Source of the DNA: a bacterium
GTDB taxonomy: Bacteria > JADJOY01
DNA length: 41,302 nucleotides
Assembly: GCA_046331705.1 (NCBI GenBank)
Contig: JAXLQJ010000024.1
Coordinates: 62,001 to 103,302, forward strand
Reading direction: 5' to 3'
Shown: piece after piece, positions 7,918-16,428 of the stretch
Layout: each line of letters starts with the position of its first letter
How positions within the stretch are numbered: position 1 is the first letter of the stretch
Translations under genes and position numbers: made by a program
Notes under the pieces: model-generated
The model's input: only the letters and a program-made list of their open reading frames with translations
Database searches by the model: none
What the model was told of the DNA's origin: nothing

Positions 7918-8946
7918 TCAGCCGTGAGTCGGCGCCGATCCACCTCCGAGCAGGCGACCGTGAACCCGGTTCCGTCCGGCGCGTTTCGCCTCGTAGAGCG
8001 CCCGATCCGCTTCCGCGATCAACTCCTGCCAGCTCGCAGGCAGCCCCGCGGCGACACCGATGCTGACGCTGATCCGCAACAGCGCCGCCGGCGCGCCCAC
8101 GAGACGCACCTCACGCGTCTGCACCGCTTCGCGGGCGCGCTCCGCCAGCGCCAGGGCACCGTCCAAGGTGGTCTCGGGCAAGAGCACCACCAGCTCGTCG
8201 CCGCCGAAGCGCCCCACCGAATCGATGGTGCGACAGGCGCCGAGCAACGCGCGGGCGATCTCCTCGAGACAGCGATCACCCGCGAGATGGCCGGCCCGAT
8301 CGTTGACGCTCTTGAACTCGTCGACGTCCACCAGGCAGACGGCGATCGAGTGACCGAAGCGCAACGCCCGCTCCACCTCGCGGGCGCTCGCTTCCTCCCA
8401 CGCCGTGCGCGTGAGCAACCCCGTGAGCGAGTCGTGGCGCGCACGCTCGGCCCAGAACGCCGCCGCCTCCGCGAGCGCCTGGGACATCTCCTCCAGCCGC
8501 AAGGCGCGCGCGAGCGCCGCGCTCGCTTCGGTGCGTTGCCGGGCGTTCGCCTCGGCGCGCGTGAGCACCTGGCTCAACACCTCGGGGTCCAGGTCGGACT
8601 TGACGAGGTAGTCGTCGGCGCCGGCGCGGATCGCGCTCGCCGCCACGTACTCGTTGCCGTGCGCCGTCAACATCACCACCGGTTTGGTGAAGTGCGCGGC
8701 ACGCAACCGCATCAGGACGTCGGTCCCGCGCGCCGAGCCGAGCTGGTAATCGAGGAACACCAGGTCCACCGGGTGGCGGTGCAAGGTGTCGAGCGCGTCG
8801 TCCACCGTCCGCTCCGCGAGGAATCGCACCTCGAGGTCCGCGACGCGATCGAGCGCGAGCCGCAGAAGCTCCGCGTGGTCCGCTTCGTCGTCGATGCACA
8901 CGACGGTGAGCTCGCGACGATGGATGGGATCGAGAACCTTGCTCAT
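7918..8946 (-). CDS. Response-regulator diguanylate cyclase (REC-GGDEF)
   Basis: REC: CIDD, DLVFLDY, MLTAHG, DDYLVK. GGDEF: HDSLTGL, DVDEFKSVND, GHLAGD, RTID (RxxD I-site), GRFGGDEL, ADRALYEAK. Alternative start 8961. Confidence 0.93.
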   Translation of the reverse strand: MSKVLDPIHRRELTVVCIDDEADHAELLRLALDRVADLEVRFLAERTVDDALDTLHRHPVDLVFLDYQLGSARGTDVLMRLRAAHFTKPVVMLTAHGNEYVAASAIRAGADDYLVKSDLDPEVLSQVLTRAEANARQRTEASAALARALRLEEMSQALAEAAAFWAERARHDSLTGLLTRTAWEEASAREVERALRFGHSIAVCLVDVDEFKSVNDRAGHLAGDRCLEEIARALLGACRTIDSVGRFGGDELVVLLPETTLDGALALAERAREAVQTREVRLVGAPAALLRISVSIGVAAGLPASWQELIAEADRALYEAKRAGRNRVHGRLLGGGSAPTHG

Positions 8947-8991
8947 CGAAACCCGCGGCATCCCCCCGGAAACCGTTGCGTTTCACGCTTC

Positions 8992-9006
8992 GCAAGAGCG
9001 GCGCCG
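8992..9006 (-). promoter_or_regulatory. Possible sigma-54 -24/-12 promoter for the signalling operon
   Basis: Minus strand CGGCGCC-GCTC-TTGC has exact GG-N10-GC spacing and lies about 45 bp upstream of the cyclase start. Confidence 0.3.
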
Positions 9007-9406
9007 TGATCGCGGGCGCCCTCCACGGCTCGCGTCCGAACGCAGGACGGGCAAGGTAACGAGCTGAAATCAGGCCCATAAGCGACGAGGGGTCGCGTGC
9101 GGCGGGCGCGAGGCGGAACCGCGACGCGGGAGCGCCGCCGCGGCGCGGAAGCACTCCCAGCGAACCCGCGTTGGCAGCGCGCGTAGCTGCGCGAGGCTAC
9201 CGGCGCACGGCGTTCGCCGCACTGGGCACCGGGCATGCACGAAGACGGGTTACGGTCGTCAGTGCGGGCGGCGCTGGCAGAGAATCTGACAGGGCCGCCG
9301 CCGGCACCGGGGAAGTGAGCGGGTCATGCGCCAATCATCGCGGTCGCTTGCAACGAGTCCTCGGAATCGCCCCTGGAATCCGGTCGCGCGGCTGCGTCAG
9401 CGGGGA

Positions 9407-12334
9407 ATGCGAGAAGTCCTGACGCGGCTCGCCTGGCTCGCGGGCGCGCTCGTGGTGTGCGTGGTGCTGGCGCGCGTCGCGGCGCTGGGCTGGCTGATCG
9501 CGAGTCCCACCAACGCCCAAGCGGCGTCGCCCACCGCGACCTCCACCGCCGCCTCGAGCGGGACGTGGCCGCGCCTGGTGCCCACTCCCGGTTCGCTCAT
9601 CCGCGTCTTCGAGCCGCAGGTCGAATCCTTGGTTGGCGACACGCTCACCAGCCGTGCCGCGATCTCCCTCACCCGCACCGGCGAGCGCGCGCTGCCGGTC
9701 TTCGGCGCCGTGCGCTTCACCGCCAAGATCTCCACCAACGCGGCGACCCACACCGCGACCCTCGAGCAAGCGGCGGTGACGCGCGTGCGGATGCCGGATC
9801 TCGCGGAGGACGAGTCCCAGCGCGTCGCCAGCGCGATCGAGAGCGCCTTTCGCGCCGACGCTCCGTCGCTCGCCACCGAGCGCCTCGCCGCCGCCGCGAG
9901 CCAGGCCGCCGCCGAACGCGAGGGCGGCGCGGCGCTGAGCACGCGCGCCCCGAAGATCCTGGTCTCCAAGGTGCCCGCGGTGCTGATGCTCATCGACGGC
10001 AAGCCCGAGCGCCGCGCGCTGCCCGACAGCGACCTCGAGCAGGTGGTGAACACGCCGTTCGCCGTGATCTACCAACCGAGCTCGAAGACGTATTTCACCA
10101 GCAACGGGAACGTCTGGTACGCGGCGCCCGACGCGACCGGTCCGTGGACGGCGGGCGCCACGCCGCCGGCCGACGTGACGAAGGCGATCGGCGACGCGGT
10201 CGCGCGCGCCGATGCCGCGCGCCAAGAGGTTGCCGAGGGCGAGGACGCTCAGCGCGCGCCGCGCGGCGCGTCCGCCGCCGGCACGCCGCCCGCGATCGTG
10301 GTCTCGACCGAGCCCGCCGAGCTCTTGGTCTTCGACGGCGAGCCGCAATGGGCGCCGCTCGCCAACACCGGGCTCTTGGTGGCCATGAACACCTCCGACG
10401 ACGCGTTCCTCGAGATCGCGTCGCAGCAGGTCTTCGTGCTGCTCGCGGGCCGCTGGTTCCGGGCGCCGTCGCTCGACGGGCCGTGGACGTTCCAGCCCGC
10501 CGACAAGCTGCCCGCCGACTTCGCGAGCATCCCGCAGCCGAACCCGAAGGCGCACGTGCGCGCCAGCGTCGCCGGCACACCCGAGGCCCAGGACGCGGTG
10601 CTCGAATCCGAGATCCCGAAGACCGCCGCGATCGATCGCCGCACGGCGAAGCTCGACGTGACCTACGACGGCGAGCCTCGCTTCGAGGCGATTCCCGGCA
10701 CGGAGGTGTCGTACGCGGTCAACACTCCCGCGCAGGTGCTGCGCATCCGCGATCGCTTCTACGCCGTGGATCAGGGCGTGTGGTTCACGTCGCTGAGCCC
10801 CGAGGGGCCGTGGCGGGTCGCCGACGCACGCCCGCCCGAGGTGGACTCGATCCCGCCCGAGTCGCCCGTCTACAACACGCGCTACGTGTACGTGTACGAC
10901 ACCACCCCGGAGTACGTGTACGTCGGCTATCTGCCGGGCTACGTCGGCGAGTACGCGTGGGGACCGACCGTGGTGTTCGGCACGGGCTATTCCTACGCGC
11001 CCTGGCACGGGACGTACTTCTATCCGCGCCCGTACACGTGGGGATTCCCGCTGCGGTACTCGTGGGGATGGGGCTTCACGTGGGTGGACGGGCCGTGCTC
11101 GGACTTCTTGTGGCTGGGTTGGGGATGGGGCCCGCGCTACCACCATCACCACCACCATCACGACGCCGACGACCATCCGGGATGGTACGGACCCTCCGGC
11201 CCGCGCCCCGTCTACCGGCCGCCACCGCAGCCCAAACCGGTTCCGCCGCCCACGGGCGGCGTGGTCCGTGTGCCGCCGCGCCCGCCGACGGCGCCGCACA
11301 ATCTCTACGTGGCACCCAAGAACCTGCCGCGCGTGACGCCGCTGGTGCCCACGCAGCACGGCACGAAATCACCGCTGCCGAGCGCGACGACCCCGGCGTA
11401 TCGACCGCCGAGCGCCGCTCCCTCGACGCCGACGAACCCGAGCTGGACCCCGAGCCCGACGCAGGGCCATCCGCGCGGACCCGTGACCCAACCGCTCACG
11501 CCCGCGGCGCCGAGTCGTCCCGCGCCGGCCGCTCCCGCGCCGGCCGCTCCCGCGCCGAGCGCGACGCCGGACTCGCGCGACGATCGCGCGCCAGCGGGAA
11601 GCAAACGGCCGAGCTACACCGCTCCCCCGGCGCCCTCGGCGCCGCAGAGCCCCTCACCCAGCTACCCGCGACCCGACTCCGGGCGGCCGCGCACCTGGAC
11701 TCCTTCGCCCGCGCCAGACCCGCGCGAGCGTCCCACCTCACCGTCCGACCCGCGCTGGACGCCGCGCCCGTCGGGAACGTGGCTGCCGAACGCGCGGCCG
11801 TCGGCGGGATGGGCGAGCGCCGAACCCGTGGACGAGCGCGACGAACGTGACGAGATCGACGCGGGCCGCGACTTCGTTCCCCGCGAGGCCGTGACCGCGC
11901 GCGCCATCCAGCACCCACGCGTCGAGCCCTTCGCCGGCGACGACGACGGTTACGCCGCTGCCCGCGAAGAGCGCCGCGACACGCGCTACGTGGCGCGCCC
12001 GAGCTCGCAGCGTTTCTCCGCGCGGCCCGTCGAGCCCGCGCCGCCCGAGGACGTGGAGCCGGCGATCCGCTTCGCGCCGCAGCGCGCGCCGTCGGCACCG
12101 GCGCGCACCCAGTCGCAGCGCTTCGAGCCCGCGCCGGAGCCCCAGATCGTGCGCGTGGCGCCACCCGTGGACGCGATTCGGGAGCCCGAGCGACGGCACC
12201 CGACCGCCAGCACGCTCCGGGAGCCGCCGAGCGCACCCGCGGTGCAACCGCGGTCGCGCCCCGAGCCGAGCGTGCGCCCCGTTCGGCCCGATCCCACGCC
12301 GCGCTTCGATCGCGCCCAACCGCGCCAGCGCTGA
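9407..12334 (+). CDS. Large secreted protein (family often labelled 'carbohydrate-binding family V/XII') with W/Y/G-rich, poly-His and Pro-rich tail
   Basis: N-terminal hydrophobic/signal segment; WPR...FEPQ...RAAIS...PVFGA; EPAELLVFDGEP; VLLAGRWFRAPSLDGPW; YAVDQGVWF; VYVGYLPGY; HHHHHHH; about 370 aa Pro-rich tail. Family label is from recall and the function is unverified. Confidence 0.75.
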   Translation: MREVLTRLAWLAGALVVCVVLARVAALGWLIASPTNAQAASPTATSTAASSGTWPRLVPTPGSLIRVFEPQVESLVGDTLTSRAAISLTRTGERALPVFGAVRFTAKISTNAATHTATLEQAAVTRVRMPDLAEDESQRVASAIESAFRADAPSLATERLAAAASQAAAEREGGAALSTRAPKILVSKVPAVLMLIDGKPERRALPDSDLEQVVNTPFAVIYQPSSKTYFTSNGNVWYAAPDATGPWTAGATPPADVTKAIGDAVARADAARQEVAEGEDAQRAPRGASAAGTPPAIVVSTEPAELLVFDGEPQWAPLANTGLLVAMNTSDDAFLEIASQQVFVLLAGRWFRAPSLDGPWTFQPADKLPADFASIPQPNPKAHVRASVAGTPEAQDAVLESEIPKTAAIDRRTAKLDVTYDGEPRFEAIPGTEVSYAVNTPAQVLRIRDRFYAVDQGVWFTSLSPEGPWRVADARPPEVDSIPPESPVYNTRYVYVYDTTPEYVYVGYLPGYVGEYAWGPTVVFGTGYSYAPWHGTYFYPRPYTWGFPLRYSWGWGFTWVDGPCSDFLWLGWGWGPRYHHHHHHHDADDHPGWYGPSGPRPVYRPPPQPKPVPPPTGGVVRVPPRPPTAPHNLYVAPKNLPRVTPLVPTQHGTKSPLPSATTPAYRPPSAAPSTPTNPSWTPSPTQGHPRGPVTQPLTPAAPSRPAPAAPAPAAPAPSATPDSRDDRAPAGSKRPSYTAPPAPSAPQSPSPSYPRPDSGRPRTWTPSPAPDPRERPTSPSDPRWTPRPSGTWLPNARPSAGWASAEPVDERDERDEIDAGRDFVPREAVTARAIQHPRVEPFAGDDDGYAAAREERRDTRYVARPSSQRFSARPVEPAPPEDVEPAIRFAPQRAPSAPARTQSQRFEPAPEPQIVRVAPPVDAIREPERRHPTASTLREPPSAPAVQPRSRPEPSVRPVRPDPTPRFDRAQPRQR
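11519..11557 (+). repeat. In-frame 15-bp tandem repeat (cccgcgccggccgct, about 2.5 copies) encoding PAPAA
   Basis: cccgcgccggccgct cccgcgccggccgct cccgcgccg read directly. Confidence 0.8.
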
Positions 12335-12340
12335 GCCCGC

Positions 12341-13696
12341 TCAGCCGCGCAGACGCTCGGCGATGCGGAACGCGAGATCGAGCGATTGCCTGCCGTTGAG
12401 GCGCGGATCACAGGTGGTGGTGTAGCGCCGCGCCAGGTCCTCGGGCGCGAGCGCGTCGCCTCCGCCCAAGCATTCGGTCACGTCGTCCGCCGTCAGCTCG
12501 ACATGGATGCCGCCGGGCCACACGTCCGCGGCGAGACAGCAGTCGAAGAACCCGACCAGCTCGGCCACCACGGCGTCGAAGTGGCGCGTCTTCCGACCGT
12601 CGGCGGTGAGCGAGGTGTTGCCGTGCATCGGATCGCACGCCCACACCACGGGATGGCCGGCCTCTCGCGTGGCCGCGAGCAGCGCCGGTAGCCGCTCGCG
12701 AACGCGGGACGCGCCCATCCGCGCGATGAACGTGAGCCGCCCCGGCTCGCGGCGCGGATCCAAACGCGCGCAGAGCCCGAGGACCTCCGCCGCCGTCGCC
12801 AGCGGACCGAGCTTCACACCCACCGGATTCGCGATCCCCGCGCAAAACTCCACGTGGGCGCCGCCCAGCGCGCGGGTGCGCTCGCCGATCCAGAGCATGT
12901 GCGCCGAGCCGTCGAACCACTCGCCGTGCTGGGGATCGCGGCGCGTGAGCACCTCCTCGAAATCGAGCAGCAGCGCTTCGTGGCTGGTCCAGAGAGTCAC
13001 CTGGTGGAAGCGCGGATCGCCCTCGATGTCGACGCCACAGGCGCGCATGAAACGCAGCGCCCGCTGGATCTCCTCGGCGAGGCTCTCGTAGCGCCGCCCG
13101 GCGGGACTGGACGCGACGAACTCGCGGTTCCAGGTGTGGACCCGCCCCAGGTCCGCGAAACCGCCGGAGACGAGCCCGCGCAGCAGATCGAGCGTGAGCG
13201 CCGCGCGCCGATAACCCGTGACCAGGCGCGCGGGATCGGCCGCCCGCGCCGAGGGCGTCGGCTCGTCCCCGTTCACCATCGGCCCGCGAAAGGACGGCAG
13301 CTCGACGCCATCGACGATCTCGACCGGCGACGAGCGCGGCTTCGCGTACTGGCCGGCGATGCGCCCCACCTTCACCACGTGCACACCCGCGCCGTACGTG
13401 AGCACGATCGCCATCTGCAAGATCAGCTTGAGCCGCTCGCGCAACGCCTCCGCCGAGACCTCGTCGAAGGACTCGGCGCAATCGCCCGCCTGCAACAGGA
13501 ACGCTCGCCCCTGCGCCACCTCCGCGAGCGCCGCGCGCAAGCGCCGCGACTCGTGCGGGGAAACCAGCGGCGGAAGCCCGCCGAGCGTGTGAAGCGCGCC
13601 AGCCAGCGCCTCCGCATCCGGCCACGCGGGCTGTTGCGCCGCCGGCCACGATCGCCACAGTGACGGCGACCACGCGTCCGCTCCCCTCGCCACCAT
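12341..13696 (-). CDS. Class II 3-deoxy-7-phosphoheptulonate (DAHP) synthase
   Basis: AQQPAW, FLLQAGDCAESF, KVGRIAGQYAKPRS, TSHEALLL, WIGERTR, CDPMHGNT, GGIHVELT, TTCDPRLN. Confidence 0.96.
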   Translation of the reverse strand: MVARGADAWSPSLWRSWPAAQQPAWPDAEALAGALHTLGGLPPLVSPHESRRLRAALAEVAQGRAFLLQAGDCAESFDEVSAEALRERLKLILQMAIVLTYGAGVHVVKVGRIAGQYAKPRSSPVEIVDGVELPSFRGPMVNGDEPTPSARAADPARLVTGYRRAALTLDLLRGLVSGGFADLGRVHTWNREFVASSPAGRRYESLAEEIQRALRFMRACGVDIEGDPRFHQVTLWTSHEALLLDFEEVLTRRDPQHGEWFDGSAHMLWIGERTRALGGAHVEFCAGIANPVGVKLGPLATAAEVLGLCARLDPRREPGRLTFIARMGASRVRERLPALLAATREAGHPVVWACDPMHGNTSLTADGRKTRHFDAVVAELVGFFDCCLAADVWPGGIHVELTADDVTECLGGGDALAPEDLARRYTTTCDPRLNGRQSLDLAFRIAERLRG

Positions 13697-13705
13697 CCCC
13701 CGCGC

Positions 13706-13714
13706 AGCCTACCA
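13706..13714 (-). promoter_or_regulatory. Extended -10 (TGGTAGGCT) 9 nt upstream of the DAHP synthase ATG
   Basis: TGn-TAGGCT on the minus strand, implying a near-leaderless mRNA. Confidence 0.45.
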
Positions 13715-13775
13715 GCCGTCCGCGTGCCCGCGCTCGCGGTGTTCGAGCGGGAATCGATCCTTCGCTACCGACCGG

Positions 13776-14945
13776 TTGATCTGGGGCGCGGAGGAGCGGA
13801 AGGTTTTCGGCGTGGGCTTGGGTGGCGATTCAAGGGCTTCGAAGGCGTGGCTCGACCTGACGCGCGCGGATCTCGAGCGTGGGTGCGACGAGCTGGGCGT
13901 GCCTCGCATTCACGCGCGGACGCTGATTCGGAACACGTACCGGCTCGGGCGCGACGAGCCGTGGGCGGATCGATCGATCCCCGCGGTGCTGGCGCGGGCG
14001 CTGGTCGAGCGGCATCCGCTGGCACGGCCCGTGGTGCGCGAGGTGCGGCGGTCGGAGGTGGACGGGTCGGTGAAGCTGCTGGTCGGGGTCGGCGGCAGCG
14101 AGGCAGCGGACGAAGGCGCCCCACCCGCCGGCGACATCGCCGGCGACCAGGCCGAGGCGGTGCTGATCCCGGAAGCGGCACGCGTGACGCTGTGCGTGTC
14201 GAGCCAGATCGGCTGCGCGCAAGGATGTGTCTTCTGCCACACGGGCCGAATGGGCCTGGTGCGGAACCTCCGGACCGGCGAGATCGTGGGTCAGCTCGTC
14301 GCGGCGAACGGCTGGCTCGCGCGGAACGCGGGCTGGCTCGCGGCGCGCGGCTTCGGGGCCGAGCAGCGTGTGACCAACGTGGTCTTCATGGGCATGGGTG
14401 AGCCGCTCGACAACGTCGACGCGGTGAGCGACGCGATCGCGATCCTCGTCGATCCCGCCGGTGCCGCGATTCCCTTGCGTCGCATCACCCTTTCCACCGC
14501 CGGCCATCTCGAGGGGCTCGAAACGCTGGTCGCGCGCTGGCCGCGCGTGCCGATCGCGCTCAGCCTCCACTCGGTGGACGAGCGCACGCGCAGCGGCCTG
14601 ATGCCGATCACCGAGCGCTGGTCGTTGGCGGCGATCACCGAGCGCTTGGCGCGCCTCTGCGTCGAGCAGCGCCAGCCGATCTTCGTCCAGTACACGCTCT
14701 TCGCCGGGGTGAACGATTCACCCACCCACGCCGACGCGCTCGCCGCGTGGTGCCAGGCACTACCGCAGGTGAAGGTGAACCTGATCCCGTTCAACCCATT
14801 CCCGGGCTCCCGGTTGAGCGCGCCCGACGAGGCCACGGTGGCGCGCTTTCGCACGGCGCTTCACGCCGCCGGGTTGCGCGTCATGCGCCGCCACAGCAAA
14901 GGCCCCGACATCGCCGCCGCCTGCGGTCAGCTCGCGTTTCGCTGA
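13776..14945 (+). CDS. rlmN: 23S rRNA A2503 C2-methyltransferase RlmN (radical SAM)
   Basis: TLCVSSQIGCAQGCVFC (CxxxCxxC), NVVFMGMGEPL, ALSLH, VNLIPFNP, DIAAACGQL. Start codon uncertain. Confidence 0.9.
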   Translation: MIWGAEERKVFGVGLGGDSRASKAWLDLTRADLERGCDELGVPRIHARTLIRNTYRLGRDEPWADRSIPAVLARALVERHPLARPVVREVRRSEVDGSVKLLVGVGGSEAADEGAPPAGDIAGDQAEAVLIPEAARVTLCVSSQIGCAQGCVFCHTGRMGLVRNLRTGEIVGQLVAANGWLARNAGWLAARGFGAEQRVTNVVFMGMGEPLDNVDAVSDAIAILVDPAGAAIPLRRITLSTAGHLEGLETLVARWPRVPIALSLHSVDERTRSGLMPITERWSLAAITERLARLCVEQRQPIFVQYTLFAGVNDSPTHADALAAWCQALPQVKVNLIPFNPFPGSRLSAPDEATVARFRTALHAAGLRVMRRHSKGPDIAAACGQLAFR

Positions 14946-15098
14946 GCCTTGGGCCGAGCCCCGAGGCGGGCACCCAGGTAGCGTCGCCTCACTCCGCGCG
15001 CGTTGACCCACGCGCAGATCGCCGTGCTACAAGCGCGGCAGGCACACGCTGCGCGTTTCGCTGCAGCGCGTCCGCACCGAACGCTCCCGGAGGATCGA

Positions 15099-16418
15099 AT
15101 GATCGTCGCCACTCGACGAGCGCTGCGCGCGCTCGCGCCGTTCGTGCTGCTTGCTGCCGTCGGTTGCGTCCAAGTCTCGAGCGTGACTCCGAGTGATTCG
15201 TGCTCGGGAGAGCAGGTCGTCATCGCGGGCTCCGGCTTCGGCGCCACTCAGGGCACGAGCGCCATCACCTTCGGCGCGGCAACGGCAATCAGCATCGCGA
15301 GCTGGTCGGACACCTCGATCTCCGTGGCGGTTCCCGCGGGCCTCTCGGGAGTCGTGAACGTGGTCGTGCGCGTTGGCCCCTCGGCCTCGACGCCGCTGCC
15401 CTTTCGCGTCATCGATTGCCCGCTTACGGGTTCGCTCGGCGCGCCGCGGCTGGCGATCGGCCCGGGCGGTCAGCCGCACATCGCGATCTCCCAGAGCGGA
15501 GCCCTCGTGTACCTGACCAAGACCGGCGGCGCGTGGTCGACGCCCGAGAACGTCGATGCGCTCGCCGGCAGCTACGACATCGCCGCCACCGCCGACGGAC
15601 GACCGCACGTCGTCTACGAGCAGAACTCCGGCAACGGGCTCTACCTGCCGGGGATGTGGCGCTACCGCGATCCCGCCGGCTGGTCAGCGGCGGTGGTGGC
15701 TTGCGCGGAAGGCTCGATCGGAACGTCTTGTCCGGGCATCCGTCTGGTGGCGCCCACCGACACCACGCTCGCGGTTCTCGACCGGAACGGCGACCGCTAC
15801 GGAAACACCTGGGTCAGCCAGCGCGGCTTCGACGGGACCTCCTGGGGTGGCGCCTCGCAGGTCGACTACGCCCCCATCGGCTCTTACATCCAGGACTACG
15901 ATGCCGCCGCCGGTTTCGGATCCTGGCACGCGACCCTTCATCGCAACACGTTCGACTGGGGAACGTTCCAGACGACCTACGGCGTGAAGCACGTGCTTCC
16001 CGGCTCCACGAGCACGCTGGCGAGCTTGCTCGGCAGCGATCCTTACACCACGCCGTCGGCGGCGGCCTCGCTCGGCCGCATGCACTTCGTGTGGCGCGAG
16101 GGCGCGAACCTGGTCCACCGCTGGCGCGACATGACCACCGGTGCCTACAGCGCACCGCTCACCATCGCCACCGTGACGGGCTCGCCGCGGCCGGTGGTCG
16201 CCGCCGACGCCAACGGCGACGACGGCGCCTTCGCGCTGTGGGTGGAGAGCGGCAAGCTCATGGGCTCGGTCTTCGACGCCAGCTCCGCGAGCTGGGGCGC
16301 CCCGGTGCTGGTGGCGTCGAACGCGGTGAGCACACCCGTGGCCGCAGCCCGCAAGGGCGTCATTCACCTCGCGTGGAAAGGCAGCGCCGACGACCTGCGC
16401 TACACGACGCTGCCCTGA
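15099..16418 (+). CDS. Putative lipoprotein: IPT/TIG domain plus beta-propeller-like repeats
   Basis: Lipobox-like AVGC; VSSVTPS...VVIAGSGFGATQG...SWSDTSISVAVP (IPT/TIG); repeated G-x-W-x-x-P blades. ATG 15099 has GGAGG upstream. Confidence 0.75.
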   Translation: MIVATRRALRALAPFVLLAAVGCVQVSSVTPSDSCSGEQVVIAGSGFGATQGTSAITFGAATAISIASWSDTSISVAVPAGLSGVVNVVVRVGPSASTPLPFRVIDCPLTGSLGAPRLAIGPGGQPHIAISQSGALVYLTKTGGAWSTPENVDALAGSYDIAATADGRPHVVYEQNSGNGLYLPGMWRYRDPAGWSAAVVACAEGSIGTSCPGIRLVAPTDTTLAVLDRNGDRYGNTWVSQRGFDGTSWGGASQVDYAPIGSYIQDYDAAAGFGSWHATLHRNTFDWGTFQTTYGVKHVLPGSTSTLASLLGSDPYTTPSAAASLGRMHFVWREGANLVHRWRDMTTGAYSAPLTIATVTGSPRPVVAADANGDDGAFALWVESGKLMGSVFDASSASWGAPVLVASNAVSTPVAAARKGVIHLAWKGSADDLRYTTLP

Positions 16419-16428
16419 TCGAGCGACG

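Noticed and set aside
9172-9187. TGGCA...GC sigma-54-like motif (also at 36839)
   Set aside because: GG-to-GC spacing is off by 1-2 nt.
12331-12346. Inverted repeat GCTGAGC-cc-GCTCAGC
   Set aside because: Largely produced by two convergent TGA stops; no U-tract.
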